In this document: one piece after another, positions 1-10,186 of the stretch
Layout: each line of letters opens with the position of its first letter
Numbering within the stretch: position 1 is the first letter of the stretch
DNA from: Alphaproteobacteria bacterium
GTDB lineage: Bacteria; Pseudomonadota; Alphaproteobacteria; GCA-2731375
Length of the DNA: 64,000 bases
Reading direction: 5' to 3'
NCBI GenBank assembly: GCA_965225945.1
Contig: CBDDBZ010000034.1
Span: forward strand, 96,001-160,000
Notes under the pieces: generated by a model
Told to the model about the DNA's origin: nothing
What the model saw: the letters and a program-made list of their open reading frames with translations, nothing else
Databases searched by the model: none
Program-made: the position numbers and the translations under genes

Positions 1-208
1 GGGGCGCGTCGCCCGCCTCGAGCCGCGCCCGGGTCCAGCGGACTGGTGCCGCCGGCGTGGTCGAGCGGGTCAGCGCGCCGGCGACCGTGGTGGTGGCCTC
101 GAAGGCAATCAGCATCATATCGTCGCGCGCGAGGTAGCCGGTGCCGGAGGCGGCGGTCGCCAGCAGAACGCCGTCGAGCGGCGCGATTTCGGGCAGGCTG
201 TCGGTCAC
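1..208 (-). CDS. argJ: ArgJ (glutamate N-acetyltransferase/ornithine acetyltransferase), N-terminal part, runs off window edge
   Basis: Manual translation of the minus strand from GTG at 208: [58 protein letters not shown], resembling the ArgJ N-terminus (GV.LAT...G..Y..R.D...TVAG.FTRS...APV.W). Confidence 0.7.
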   Translation of the reverse strand, partial: MTDSLPEIAPLDGVLLATAASGTGYLARDDMMLIAFEATTTVAGALTRSTTPAAPVRWTRARLEAGDAP

Positions 209-328
209 GGCGGAATTCTTTCCCTGGGTTGCATCGGCCCCGGCGGGCCACCCCTGAGTCTGCCCGACAGCGACGACGCTTGTCGCGGAAAAAGCGCGCG
301 GCGATGCGTTCCACCAGCCGCGCCTCGG

Positions 329-357
329 TTGACTTGGCCAGGGCCAGTCCGTATACA
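329..357 (+). promoter_or_regulatory. sigma70-type promoter of the rpmH operon
   Basis: TTGACT-17bp-TATACA about 50 bp upstream of rpmH. Confidence 0.6.
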
Positions 358-409
358 CCGGCCGCGCGTCCGCTCGCTCGGGCGCCGACCGATTTTCGGG
401 GTGAGAAGC

Positions 410-544
410 GTGAAGCGGACCTTTCAACCGAGCAAACTGGTGCGCAAGCGGCGGCACGGCTTTCGCGCCCGCATGGCCACGGTCGCGGGCCGCCGGGTGA
501 TCGCCAACCGTCGCTCCAAGGGGCGCAAGAAGCTGTCGGCCTGA
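410..544 (+). CDS. rpmH: 50S ribosomal protein L34
   Basis: [24 protein letters not shown]...KLSA, GTG start at 410. Confidence 0.97.
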   Translation: MKRTFQPSKLVRKRRHGFRARMATVAGRRVIANRRSKGRKKLSA

Positions 545-548
545 GGTC

Positions 549-944
549 ATGGCGGCGGCGCTCGCGCGCCTGAAGCGAAGGCGCGATTTCCTCCGCGTCC
601 AGGCTCGTGGTCGCAAGGCGGCGATGCCGGGTCTGGTGCTGCAGGCGATGGCGCGGGACGGCGCGGGCGCGATCGACCCCGAGATCGTGCGCGTCGGTTT
701 CACCGCCTCCAAGAAGGTCGGTAACGCGGTCCGGCGCAACCGGGCGAAACGGCGGCTCAAGGCTCTGGCCGAGGCGATGCTGCCGCTTTACGGGGCGCCG
801 GGCCATGATTACGTGTTGATCTGTCGCGGCGGCACCGCGGCGCGGGACTTCGTGGCGCTCGGTGGGGACTTGCGACGCGCGCTCGAGCGCGTCCAGCGGG
901 CGGGCGCCGGCGGCGCCAGGCGGGGAGGCGAAACATCCCGATGA
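549..944 (+). CDS. rnpA: Ribonuclease P protein component
   Basis: [31 protein letters not shown] motif; synteny with rpmH. Confidence 0.95.
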   Translation: MAAALARLKRRRDFLRVQARGRKAAMPGLVLQAMARDGAGAIDPEIVRVGFTASKKVGNAVRRNRAKRRLKALAEAMLPLYGAPGHDYVLICRGGTAARDFVALGGDLRRALERVQRAGAGGARRGGETSR

Positions 945-1168
945 CGACGGCGCGCGTTCTCGGCCTTTTCATCAGGCTCTATCAATGGACCCTCTCACCG
1001 GTTCTGGGCATGTCCTGCAGATATCATCCGACCTGTTCGCAATACGCTCTCGACGCGTTGGCGGCGCACGGCGCGGGCCGGGGAAGCTGGCTCGCGTTTC
1101 GCCGGATTCTCCGCTGCAACCCCTGGGGTGGCGCCGGGCACGATCCGATCCCGCCCGGGACGAGGTGA
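941..1168 (+). CDS. yidD: Membrane protein insertion efficiency factor YidD
   Basis: [10 protein letters not shown]...RILRCNPWG motif; lies between rnpA and yidC. Confidence 0.93.
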   Translation: MTTARVLGLFIRLYQWTLSPVLGMSCRYHPTCSQYALDALAAHGAGRGSWLAFRRILRCNPWGGAGHDPIPPGTR

Positions 1169-1181
1169 GAGGCGAGAGGTC

Positions 1182-2930
1182 ATGTCCGACCAGCGCAACC
1201 TGATCCTCGCGATCGCCCTTTCCGTCCTGGTGCTGCTCGGCTTCCAGTATTTCGCGCCGAAGATCGTCGAACAGCCGGAGCAGGTGGCGGGCGATCAGGC
1301 CCCGGCGCCGGCGGACGCCGAGGAGATACCCCGGGCGCCAGGCACCCCGATGCCCGAGAGCGCGGCCGGCGTGCCGGGCCCAAAGGCGCCGCAAATGGCG
1401 CTGGCGAAGCGCGAGGCCGCGCTCGGCAAGGTCGCGCGGGCGCCGATCACCAACGATCACCTGCAGGGCTCGGTCCCGCTCGTCGGTCGGCGGATCGACG
1501 ATCTGATCCTGACCGACTACAAGGAGACGCTGGACGAAGACAGCCCCCCGATCACGCTGTTCTCTCCGGTCGGTAGCGAGGCCGCCTATTACGCCGCCTT
1601 CGGCTGGTCGCCGGCCGACGAGACGGTCGGGGTGCCGGAGGACGACACCGTCTGGAAGGCGGAAGGCAGCGGGCTCGCGCCTGGCCGACCCCTGGTTTTG
1701 CGCTGGACCAACGCTTCCGGGCTTCGCTTCACCCGGCGCTACGAGGTCGACGAGAACTATCTCTTCACCATCACCCAGAGGGTCGAGAATACCGGCAAGG
1801 GCGCCGTCGCCCTCAGCCCCTGGGGCTACGTCAACCGGGCCGGCACGCCGGATACGCTCGGTTTCTATATCCTGCACGAGGGGCCGATCGGCGTGCTCGG
1901 CGGGCAGTTGCAGGAAATCGACTACGACGATCTCGTGGGCGAGCCGGCGGTCTCGCTGCCCTCGACCGGCGGCTGGATCGGCATCACCGACAAGTATTGG
2001 CTGGCGGCCCTGATCCCCGATCAGAACAGCCGCTTCACCGGCACCTTCCGGCACTACACGCACGACGGCGAGGACCGTTATCAGGCCAACTATCTCGGCG
2101 ACACCCAGACCTTGCAGCCGGGCGAGAGCACGGAGATCACCAACCGGCTGTTCGCCGGCGCCAAGCAGGTCAGGCTGATCGACACCTATGAAGAGCATTT
2201 CGGGATCGCGCTGTTCGACCGCGCCGTCGACTTCGGGATCTTCTATTATCTGACCAAGCCGCTGTTCTACGTGATCGACTTCTTCAACCGGCTGATCGGC
2301 AACTTCGGCGTCGCGATTCTGCTGCTGACCGTCTGCATCAAGATCGTGTTCTTTCCGCTGGCCAACAAATCCTACAAGTCGATGAGCCGGATGAAGGCGT
2401 TGCAGCCGGAGATGACGAAGCTGAAGGAGCGTTTCGGCGAGGATCGCCAGAAGCTCAATCAGGAGATGATGGCCCTCTACAAGAAGGAGAAGGTCAATCC
2501 CGCCGCCGGCTGCCTGCCGATCGTGCTCCAGATCCCGGTCTTCTTCGCCCTCTACAAGGTCCTCTTCGTCACCATCGAGATGCGCCACGCGCCGTTCTAT
2601 GGCTGGATCCACGACCTCTCCGCCGCCGACCCGACCACGCTGTTCAACCTCTTCGGCCTGATCCCCTTCGATCCCCCGCAGTTTCTGATGATCGGCATCT
2701 GGCCGCTTCTGATGGGGATCTCCATGTTCCTGCAGCAGAAGCTCAATCCCCAGCCGACCGACCCCATCCAGGCCAAGGTGTTCCTCTTCATGCCGCTCAT
2801 CTTCACCTTCATCCTGGCGCCGTTCCCGGCCGGGCTGGTGATCTACTGGACCTGGAACAACCTGCTGTCGATGACCCAGCAATACATCATCATGCGACGC
2901 ATGGGAGTGCCGATCGGCGGCAAGCGTTGA
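1182..2930 (+). CDS. yidC: Membrane protein insertase YidC
   Basis: MSDQRNLILAIALS start, GWIGITDKYW, GCLPIVLQIPVFFALY, IYWTWNNLLS motifs. Confidence 0.97.
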   Translation: MSDQRNLILAIALSVLVLLGFQYFAPKIVEQPEQVAGDQAPAPADAEEIPRAPGTPMPESAAGVPGPKAPQMALAKREAALGKVARAPITNDHLQGSVPLVGRRIDDLILTDYKETLDEDSPPITLFSPVGSEAAYYAAFGWSPADETVGVPEDDTVWKAEGSGLAPGRPLVLRWTNASGLRFTRRYEVDENYLFTITQRVENTGKGAVALSPWGYVNRAGTPDTLGFYILHEGPIGVLGGQLQEIDYDDLVGEPAVSLPSTGGWIGITDKYWLAALIPDQNSRFTGTFRHYTHDGEDRYQANYLGDTQTLQPGESTEITNRLFAGAKQVRLIDTYEEHFGIALFDRAVDFGIFYYLTKPLFYVIDFFNRLIGNFGVAILLLTVCIKIVFFPLANKSYKSMSRMKALQPEMTKLKERFGEDRQKLNQEMMALYKKEKVNPAAGCLPIVLQIPVFFALYKVLFVTIEMRHAPFYGWIHDLSAADPTTLFNLFGLIPFDPPQFLMIGIWPLLMGISMFLQQKLNPQPTDPIQAKVFLFMPLIFTFILAPFPAGLVIYWTWNNLLSMTQQYIIMRRMGVPIGGKR

Positions 2931-2963
2931 GGCCCGACGTGAAAGCCCCCGAAGCCGGCCTGG

Positions 2964-3251
2964 CGGGTTCTTTGTCGCCACGCATGCGCGTGGCATGGCC
3001 CGGCCGCCGGGTTCTTTGTCGCCACGCATGCGCGTGGCATGGCCCGGCCAGCCCGCTCCCCCGCCCAACCACCCGAGCGTCCCGGCCGGGCCATGCCACT
3101 CCCGCCGGAGCTTCCCGGACCGGGCGGCGTGCCGGGGCTCCCGCTCATGGGTGGTTGGGCGGGGGAGCGGGAGGCCCGGCACGCCGCGCGAGCGGCGATT
3201 GTCAAAGACTCCGGAGGCCCGGCGGGCCGCGCGAGCGGCCATCGACAAAGA
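2964..3251. repeat. Composite palindromic intergenic repeat (REP/BIME- or MITE-like)
   Basis: Tandem unit with 44-bp period (2964, 3008) containing hairpin GCCACGC-ATGC-GCGTGGC; perfect 23-bp inverted repeat 3052-3074/3149-3171; outer TCTTTGTCG ... CGACAAAGA. Confidence 0.75.
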
Positions 3252-3270
3252 GCGGCGGGGGAGAGGGCCG

Positions 3271-3963
3271 GTGATGGCGCCGGCTCGTTCCGACACCGGG
3301 GCCACGCCGGCGGACGCGGCCGAGCTCGAGGCCGGCCGCCTGCTCTTCGCCCGGGAATGCCGCTTTCTCGCCGGCGCCGCGATCGCCGCGCAACTGCCCG
3401 CCGACAGCCTGCCCGAGATCGCCTTCGCCGGCCGCTCCAACGTCGGCAAATCGAGCCTGATCAACGCGCTGACCGGCCGCAACACGCTTGCGCGGACCTC
3501 GATCACGCCCGGCCGGACACGTCAGGTGAACTTCTTCGAGCTCGACCGCCGGCTGATGCTGGTGGACCTGCCGGGCTATGGCTATGCGCGCGCCTCCAAG
3601 GGTGAGATCAAGCGCTGGAACAGGCTGATCCACGACTATCTCAGGGGCCGCGTCAGCCTGCGGCGCGTGGTGCTGCTGATCGACGCGCGCCGGGGGTTGC
3701 GCGCGAGCGACGGCGAGGTGATGGACCGCCTGGACCAAGCCGCCGTGGTCTACCAGGCGGTGCTGACCAAGGTGGACAAGGCGCCGGCGGGCGAGCTGGA
3801 GGCGATCCAGGATGCCGTATCGCGCGAGCTCGCGCGCCGGCCCGCCGCCCACCCCGAAGTCCTCGCGACCAGCACCCGCGAAGGGCTCGGAATCGGCGAA
3901 CTGCGCGCCCGGCTCGCCGCGCTTTCGCTGGCCGATCCGCTGGGCTATAAGCCCGGCCCATGA
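3271..3963 (+). CDS. engB: Ribosome biogenesis GTP-binding protein YihA/EngB
   Basis: [19 protein letters not shown] GTPase motifs; exact start uncertain (3271 or 3274). Confidence 0.93.
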   Translation: MMAPARSDTGATPADAAELEAGRLLFARECRFLAGAAIAAQLPADSLPEIAFAGRSNVGKSSLINALTGRNTLARTSITPGRTRQVNFFELDRRLMLVDLPGYGYARASKGEIKRWNRLIHDYLRGRVSLRRVVLLIDARRGLRASDGEVMDRLDQAAVVYQAVLTKVDKAPAGELEAIQDAVSRELARRPAAHPEVLATSTREGLGIGELRARLAALSLADPLGYKPGP

Positions 3964-4865
3964 GCGGACCGACACGCGACGAGGACGAGGCGCGGCGGAT
4001 CGCCCGGACATTGTCCGAGGCGTTGCCCTATCTCCGCCGTTTCGCCGGCGAGACTTTCGTCGTCAAATATGGCGGCCATGCCATGGGCTCGACCGATCTC
4101 GCCGCCCGCTTCGCCCGCGACGTGGCGCTGCTGGCGCAGGTCGGCATCAATCCCGTGGTGGTGCACGGCGGCGGCCCGCAGATCGGCCGGATGCTGGAGC
4201 GGCTGAAGATCCAGAGCAGCTTCGTCGAAGGCCTTCGCGTGACCGACGCGGCGACGGTGGAGATCGTCGAGATGGTGCTCTCGGGCTCCATCAACAAACA
4301 GGTGGTGGGCGCCATCAACCAGGCCGGCGGGCGGGCGATCGGCATCTCCGGCAAGGACGGCCGGTTGATCCAGGCCCGCAAGCTCGAACGCACGACGCGC
4401 GATCCCGACAGCGCCATCGAGAGAGTGCTCGATCTCGGCTTCGTGGGCGAACCGGCGCGCATCAACGCGGCCCTGCTGGCCGATCTCGCCCGGGTCGACA
4501 TCATCCCCGTGGTGGCGCCGATCGGGATCGGGCCGGCCGGCGAGACGTACAACATCAACGCCGACACCGCCGCCGGCGCCATCGCCGCCGAGCTGAAGGC
4601 GAGCAAGCTGCTGCTGCTGACCGACGTCGCGGGCGTGCTCGACGGCGAAGGCAATCTCTTGGGCGAGCTGACGCCGGAGGATGCGCGCCGGCTGATCGAG
4701 GACGGCACGATCGCCGGCGGCATGATCCCGAAGATCGAGACCTGTCTCGACGCCATGGCCGGCGGCGTCGAGGCGGCGCAGATCGTCGACGGCCGGGTCC
4801 CCCACGTGCTGCTGATCGAGCTCTTCACCGAAGCCGGCATCGGCACCAAGATCCACCGTTTTTGA
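3960..4865 (+). CDS. argB: Acetylglutamate kinase
   Basis: [29 protein letters not shown] motifs. Confidence 0.96.
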   Translation: MSGPTRDEDEARRIARTLSEALPYLRRFAGETFVVKYGGHAMGSTDLAARFARDVALLAQVGINPVVVHGGGPQIGRMLERLKIQSSFVEGLRVTDAATVEIVEMVLSGSINKQVVGAINQAGGRAIGISGKDGRLIQARKLERTTRDPDSAIERVLDLGFVGEPARINAALLADLARVDIIPVVAPIGIGPAGETYNINADTAAGAIAAELKASKLLLLTDVAGVLDGEGNLLGELTPEDARRLIEDGTIAGGMIPKIETCLDAMAGGVEAAQIVDGRVPHVLLIELFTEAGIGTKIHRF

Positions 4866-4947
4866 ACCGCCCACCGGGCGTTTGTCGCCATCCCTCGGCA
4901 AGTACGCTAAGCTGTGGCGAGCTTCGTCAGCCTCCGAGGAGTCGATC

Positions 4948-5959
4948 GTGAACCATCAAGCCGACGCCACGACGCCGACCGCGGTCGGCGCCAAGGTCCG
5001 CTACATCAACGCGGAATGGCGGAACCGGGAGGACAGCCCGCGCATCGGCTCACGCGAGAGCCGGCGCGCCATGACCTCGTTCCAGGACGTGCTGGTGCAC
5101 GACGTCAGGGCCGAATTCCAGGCGGGCCAGATCGATCTCGACCGCCGACGCCACGACGCCGACCGCGGTCGGCGCCAAGGTCCGCTACATCAACGCGGAA
5201 TGGCGGAACCGGGAGGACAGCCCGCGCATCGGCTCACGCGAGAGCCGGCGCGCCATGACCTCGTTCCAGGACGTGCTGGTGCACGACGTCAGGGCCGAAT
5301 TCCAGGCGGGCCAGATCGATCTCGACCGCTCGGGCTTCACGCTGTGCGAGAACCTCACCGAATGCGGCGACTTCCGCGACGACGCGGTGATCGAGGCGCA
5401 ATACTATCCCGAGATGATCGACCTCGTCCGGCGGATGAGCGGCGCCGACCACGTCTTCGTCAGAGCGCACCTCGTACGCACCGAAATACCCACCGATTTC
5501 AACGACGGCTACGCGCGCTTCGTCCACTGCGACTACAACATCCGGCTGATCGAGGAATTGGCGCATGAATTGCTGGCGCGATACGACGTCGAGGCGAAGC
5601 CGAACTGGACTTACGCCTGGTACAACACCTGGCAGCCCTTCGATCATCAGGTGCAGAAAAATCCGCTCGCCGTGATCGACTGGCAAAGCCTGCCCCTCGA
5701 GGACGTGATCGACTACTATTATACTGGCCGCGGCCTCGACAGCCTGACCGCGGCGCCCGTCTACAGCCCCGACCATCGGTTCTGCTACTTCCCGGGGATG
5801 GAGACGACCGAGACACTGGTGATCAAGCAGCTCGACGCGCGGCCCGGCCGGGCGGCGTATTGCCCGCACACTTCCTTCGATCTGCCCGGCAGCGACGACT
5901 TGTTGCCCCGGCGCAGCATTGAAACTCGGTTCCTCGCCGTCTTCGAGGACGCCGCTTAA
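4948..5959 (+). pseudogene. CmcJ/NvfI-like oxidoreductase, frameshifted by an internal 184-bp tandem duplication (or assembly artefact)
   Basis: FVHCDY, YNTWQP, PLAVID, CPHTSF, RRSIETR motifs; 4960-5145 repeated at 5144-5329 (period 184, not a multiple of 3). Confidence 0.7.
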
Positions 5960-7506
5960 AACACCAGCTCCACCAGGTAGGGACCTTCGGAGCGGAGGCC
6001 GGCGTCGAAGGCGCGCCGCAGGCCGTCCAGATCGTCGGCCCGGCTCGCCTCCACCCCCATGCCTCGGGCCATTTGGACCCAATCCAGGTCCGGCCGGTCG
6101 AGGCTCAGCATGTCGATCGCGCGGGGGCCGGGATTGCGGACACCGACGTTGGTGAGCTCGCCGCGCAGGATGTCGTAGCTGCGGTTGGCGAAGATCAGCA
6201 CGGTGATGTCGAGGTTCTCGCGCGCCATGGTCCAGAGCGACTGCGGCGTGTACATGGCGCTGCCGTCGCCGATGAAGGCCAGCACCTTGCGATCGGGACA
6301 GGCGATCTGGGCGCCGATCGCCACCGGCATGCCGTAGCCGATCGCGCCGCCCCGGTTGTTGAACCAGTCGTGCGGCGGCGCGCCGGCGGTGAAGGGGAAG
6401 AAGCCCCGGCCGGAGGTCACCGATTCGTCGACCACGATGGCGCCTTCCGGCAGCAGGGAACCGATCACCTGGGCGATACCGTCGAGCGTGACGGCGCCGC
6501 TGGGCGCCTCCGGCCGGCCCGCCGGCGCGACCTGGGCCGGCGGCCTCGTGTGGGCGTCGAGCTCGCCGGCCAACGCCTCCAAGGCAGCGACGATGTCGCG
6601 CTCCACGCCGGCGAGCTCCACCACCTCGCAAGCCTCGGGCGTCAGCGCGCTGGGCTTGCCGGGATAGGCGAAGAAGGCCACGGGCGCGCGGGCGCCGACC
6701 AGCACCAGTCGCTCGACCTCGCAGAGAACCGCCAAGGCGCGCTCGACGACATAGGGAATGCGCGCCACCTGGACCCGGCCCGCGCCCCGGGCGAGCCGAG
6801 TGTTCGAGCCCTCGCTCAACAGGCCGCAGCCGGTCGCCGCCGCGATTCGTCCCGCTAGCTCCAGCCCCCTTTCGCCGAGCGCCTGGCCACCGAGGAGGAG
6901 CGTCGCCTTGCCGCCGCTGGCGCGGAGCGCCTCGGCCGAGGCGCGCACGGCGTCCTCCGAGACCGCCTGGCGCGGCGCCGGCTCGCGCGCCGTCACCACA
7001 TTCGCGGCCTCGTTCCAAGCGCTATCGGCGGGCAGGATCAGGGTCGCGATCCGGCCGGGAGCCTGGCGCGCCGCCTCGATTGCCAGGGCCCCGTCGGCGG
7101 CGATGGTGGTCGCGTCGGGCGAGGTCTTCACCCAATGGGACATCGGCCGGGCCACGCCTTCGACGTCGGAGGTCAGCGGCGCATTATGCTGGATGTGGTG
7201 GACGGCGTGGTCGCCGACGATGTTGACGATGCCCGAATTCGCCTTCTTGGCGTTATGGAGGTTGGCCAGCCCGTTGGCGAGGCCGGGTCCCAGGTGCAGC
7301 AGGGTCGAGGCCGGCCGCTCGCGCATCCGGTAGTAGCCGTCGGCGGCGCCGGTGACCACGCCCTCGAAGAGGCCCAGGACGCAGCGCATTCCCGGCACAT
7401 GGTCGAGGGCGGCGACGAAATGCATCTCCGAGGTGCCCGGATTGGCGAAGCAGATGTCGATGCCGCCGGCGAGCAGCGTGCGGACCAGGCTTTCGGCGCC
7501 GTTCAT
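5956..7506 (-). CDS. Acetolactate synthase large subunit-like TPP-dependent enzyme
   Basis: MNGAESLVRTL...CFANPGTSEMH, GDGSAMY TPP-binding motif. Confidence 0.9.
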   Translation of the reverse strand: MNGAESLVRTLLAGGIDICFANPGTSEMHFVAALDHVPGMRCVLGLFEGVVTGAADGYYRMRERPASTLLHLGPGLANGLANLHNAKKANSGIVNIVGDHAVHHIQHNAPLTSDVEGVARPMSHWVKTSPDATTIAADGALAIEAARQAPGRIATLILPADSAWNEAANVVTAREPAPRQAVSEDAVRASAEALRASGGKATLLLGGQALGERGLELAGRIAAATGCGLLSEGSNTRLARGAGRVQVARIPYVVERALAVLCEVERLVLVGARAPVAFFAYPGKPSALTPEACEVVELAGVERDIVAALEALAGELDAHTRPPAQVAPAGRPEAPSGAVTLDGIAQVIGSLLPEGAIVVDESVTSGRGFFPFTAGAPPHDWFNNRGGAIGYGMPVAIGAQIACPDRKVLAFIGDGSAMYTPQSLWTMARENLDITVLIFANRSYDILRGELTNVGVRNPGPRAIDMLSLDRPDLDWVQMARGMGVEASRADDLDGLRRAFDAGLRSEGPYLVELVF

Positions 7507-7625
7507 GTCGCCCCCTCCCGTCTCGAGCAAGGCCGCCCGGCGAGGAGCGGCGAATCGTGTCCGGCATAACCGGCGGGGCGAGAAATGCCAAGCGACAAGG
7601 GACCGATTTCGACTACCCTGCCCGC

Positions 7626-8915
7626 ATGCACAGGCTGCTCTTTCTCGATCCGGGCCACTTTCACGCCGCGCTCACGCTTCGCGCGGCCAATCCCCGGGTC
7701 GCAGACGAGATCCATCTCCATGCGCCCGAGGGGCCGGAGAGCCAGGCCTTCGTCGATCTGGTGGAAGGCTTCAACGCCCGGGCCGACGCGCCGACGGCGT
7801 GGCGCTTGGAATGCCATCTCGGTGCGAATTCGCTTCACCGGTTGATCGAGGAGCGCCGCGGCGAGATCGTGATCCTGGCCGGACGCAACGATCGCAAACT
7901 CGCCACCATCCGCCGTCTGCGGGAGGCCGAATTCCACGTCCTGGCCGACAAGCCCTGGCTTACCGGGGCGGGGGCGCTGGGGGATCTTGCCGCTGCGACC
8001 ACGCCCGGCCGGCCGCTGGCGATGGACATCATGACCAGCCGGCACATGGCGCTGGCGCGCCTGCGCCGCGCGCTCGTCGGGCAATCGGAGCTGTTCGGCG
8101 CCTTCGAGGCCGGGGGGCCCGGGCCGGCGATCGAGCAGACCTCCCGCCATCACATCCACAAGCTGGTGAACGGCCAGCCGCTCCGCCGGCCGGACTGGTA
8201 TTTCGATTGCCGGGTCCAGGGCGACGGGCTGGTCGACATCCAATCGCACCTGGTCGATCAGGCGCAGTGGTTGATCGCGACGCTGCACGGCCCGGAGGCC
8301 GAACGCGACATCGAGGTGATCCGGGCCCGGCGGTGGCCGACGCCGGTCGGCCGCGAGCTCTACGCCGAGAGCACGGGCGTCGAGGACTATCCGGAGCTGC
8401 CGGCCGGCGTGGTGGTGGACGATGTCATCCAGCTCGCCTGTAACGGCGTGATCGAATATTCGATCGGCGGCGTGAGGGTGCGCCAGCGGGCCGAATGGGG
8501 CGCCCGCGAAGCGGAAGGCGGCGGCGACCAGCAGCACGCGGTGGCGCGCGGCAGCGGTGCGCAACTCGTCCTGCGCCAGGGGCCGGAGACCAACCACGCG
8601 GCGGAGCTGCATGTGGCATCGAGCGGGGCCCGAGATTTGGAATCCCGCCTGGCCGCCGCGGTCGCGGCGCTGGCCGCCGACTTTCCCGGCCTTTCGATGG
8701 CGCCCTCGGAGCTCGGCTTCCGGCTCACCGTCGCGCCCGGGCTCGACGGCGGCCACGAGAGCCACTTTCCCCTGGTGCTCGACGAATTCTTGGATCTCTT
8801 GGACGGATCGGGCGACGGCGCGGCGCTGGCGGCGCGGATCGGTGCGCGCTACGCCCTCCTCGCCCGGGCTCGAGAAATTGCCGAGGATATCCCCCCGCCG
8901 CCCGACGCGCCCTAG
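7626..8915 (+). CDS. Putative Gfo/Idh/MocA-related oxidoreductase
   Basis: LDPGHFHAAL N-terminus, VLADKPW, RRPDWYFD, QGDGLVDIQSHLVD. Confidence 0.7.
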   Translation: MHRLLFLDPGHFHAALTLRAANPRVADEIHLHAPEGPESQAFVDLVEGFNARADAPTAWRLECHLGANSLHRLIEERRGEIVILAGRNDRKLATIRRLREAEFHVLADKPWLTGAGALGDLAAATTPGRPLAMDIMTSRHMALARLRRALVGQSELFGAFEAGGPGPAIEQTSRHHIHKLVNGQPLRRPDWYFDCRVQGDGLVDIQSHLVDQAQWLIATLHGPEAERDIEVIRARRWPTPVGRELYAESTGVEDYPELPAGVVVDDVIQLACNGVIEYSIGGVRVRQRAEWGAREAEGGGDQQHAVARGSGAQLVLRQGPETNHAAELHVASSGARDLESRLAAAVAALAADFPGLSMAPSELGFRLTVAPGLDGGHESHFPLVLDEFLDLLDGSGDGAALAARIGARYALLARAREIAEDIPPPPDAP

Positions 8916-9520
8916 AGCCCCGTGAAGCAGTCCTTCGCGTCGCTCAGGTCTTCTTGCGCCTGTAGCGGAGCCGGCGTTTCTTCCGCTTGCCTTTCCGGAT
9001 CTTGGACGAACCGGGCGCCCTGTAGCGCCACCAGGCGATCTCGTTGACCGAGAAGATCGGCCGGTAGTGCCGGATCTTGGCGGCGTCGGCGACGATGGTG
9101 ATCTGGTTGTCGAGGATCAGCGACTTGCCGTTAACCTGGACCATCAGAATCGCGTGCGGCACCCTGAGGTTCATGTCCTGGACCACCAGGATCCGCATCT
9201 TGTCCTTCGGGAAGCCGATGGCGCGGAGCGAGAGATACTTGGCGATCGCGTAGTCCTCGCAGTCGCCGTTCTTGGCGAAGAACTGGGCGGGGGTGGCCCA
9301 ATAATCCTTCTTGCCCCAATTGACGGGATCGAGGATGTATCGGGACTTATTGTGGAAATTATTGATTTTATGTAACTACCCAGGTACCCCGCTCTTGACC
9401 GCGAGAGGATGATGTAGGTGGTCGCCGGGGCCGGGTTTCCGCCGCCGCGTCGTTGATCGTCTCTTGACTCCATAGAATCGGGCGTCTATGGGTTGCGCTC
9501 TCGTGTGACGGGAGCGGCGC

Positions 9521-10186
9521 GTGGAATATTTTGGGTCGAAGGCGACGAGCGGTCTGTGCCAGGCGCTGATTGCGCTGATGCCGCCGCACAGCGTTTACAT
9601 CGAGAGCCACCTGGGGGGCGGTGCGCTGATGAAGCGCAAGCCAACGGGCGTGCGCTCGATCGGCATCGACCGCGATGCGCAGGCGCTCGAGGCCTTTGCC
9701 TGTGACTACCCGGTCGAGTTGGTGCATGGCTGTGCCCATGCCTTTTTGGCCTCGTTCCCGTTTCTGGGCCCGGAGCTGGTCTACAGCGATCCCCCCTATC
9801 TGCACGCGACCCGCCGTTCGGCACGGCGCTATCGCTTCGACTACGAGGAGGTCGACCATGTCGCGCTCCTGGACCTGCTCAAGGATCTGCCCTGCCAGGT
9901 GATGGTCTCGGGCCATCCCTCGGCGCTCTATGACGAGATGCTGGCGGGCTGGCGCAGTCTGGCGCTGCAGGTGACGACCCAGGCCCAGGTGCGGACCGAG
10001 GTCGTGTGGTTCAACTTCGCGCCCGACCGGGTGCATTGGGCGAGCTACGCAGGCCGGAACTTCACCGACCGCCAGCGCATCAAGCGTAAGGCGGCCAACT
10101 GGGGCCGGCGTTACAAGGCCTTGCCGGCGGGCGAACGCCTCGCGGTGCTGGCCGCCATGATGGCCGTCGATGCCGAGGACCCGTGA
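9521..10186 (+). CDS. DNA adenine methyltransferase (D12/Dam-like, compact)
   Basis: Motif order X (YFGSK), I (ESHLGGG), II (GIDRD), IV (YSDPPY), VI (MVSG), VIII (TEVVWFNF); 221 aa. Confidence 0.85.
   Translation: MEYFGSKATSGLCQALIALMPPHSVYIESHLGGGALMKRKPTGVRSIGIDRDAQALEAFACDYPVELVHGCAHAFLASFPFLGPELVYSDPPYLHATRRSARRYRFDYEEVDHVALLDLLKDLPCQVMVSGHPSALYDEMLAGWRSLALQVTTQAQVRTEVVWFNFAPDRVHWASYAGRNFTDRQRIKRKAANWGRRYKALPAGERLAVLAAMMAVDAEDP

Noticed and set aside
2964-3050. 44-bp direct repeats with an internal hairpin as a CRISPR array
   Set aside because: Only two adjacent copies, no spacer, and no cas genes in the window.
972-3506. 844-aa minus-strand ORF, and similar long ORFs antisense to real genes (e.g. 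56447-59206, 44636-46921, 30856-32358)
   Set aside because: Shadow ORFs opposite well-supported genes, expected in high-GC DNA; no recognisable motifs.
9521-10186. MTase as half of a restriction-modification system or a prophage remnant
   Set aside because: No endonuclease or phage genes nearby; the gene lies wholly inside the IS TIRs and TSD.
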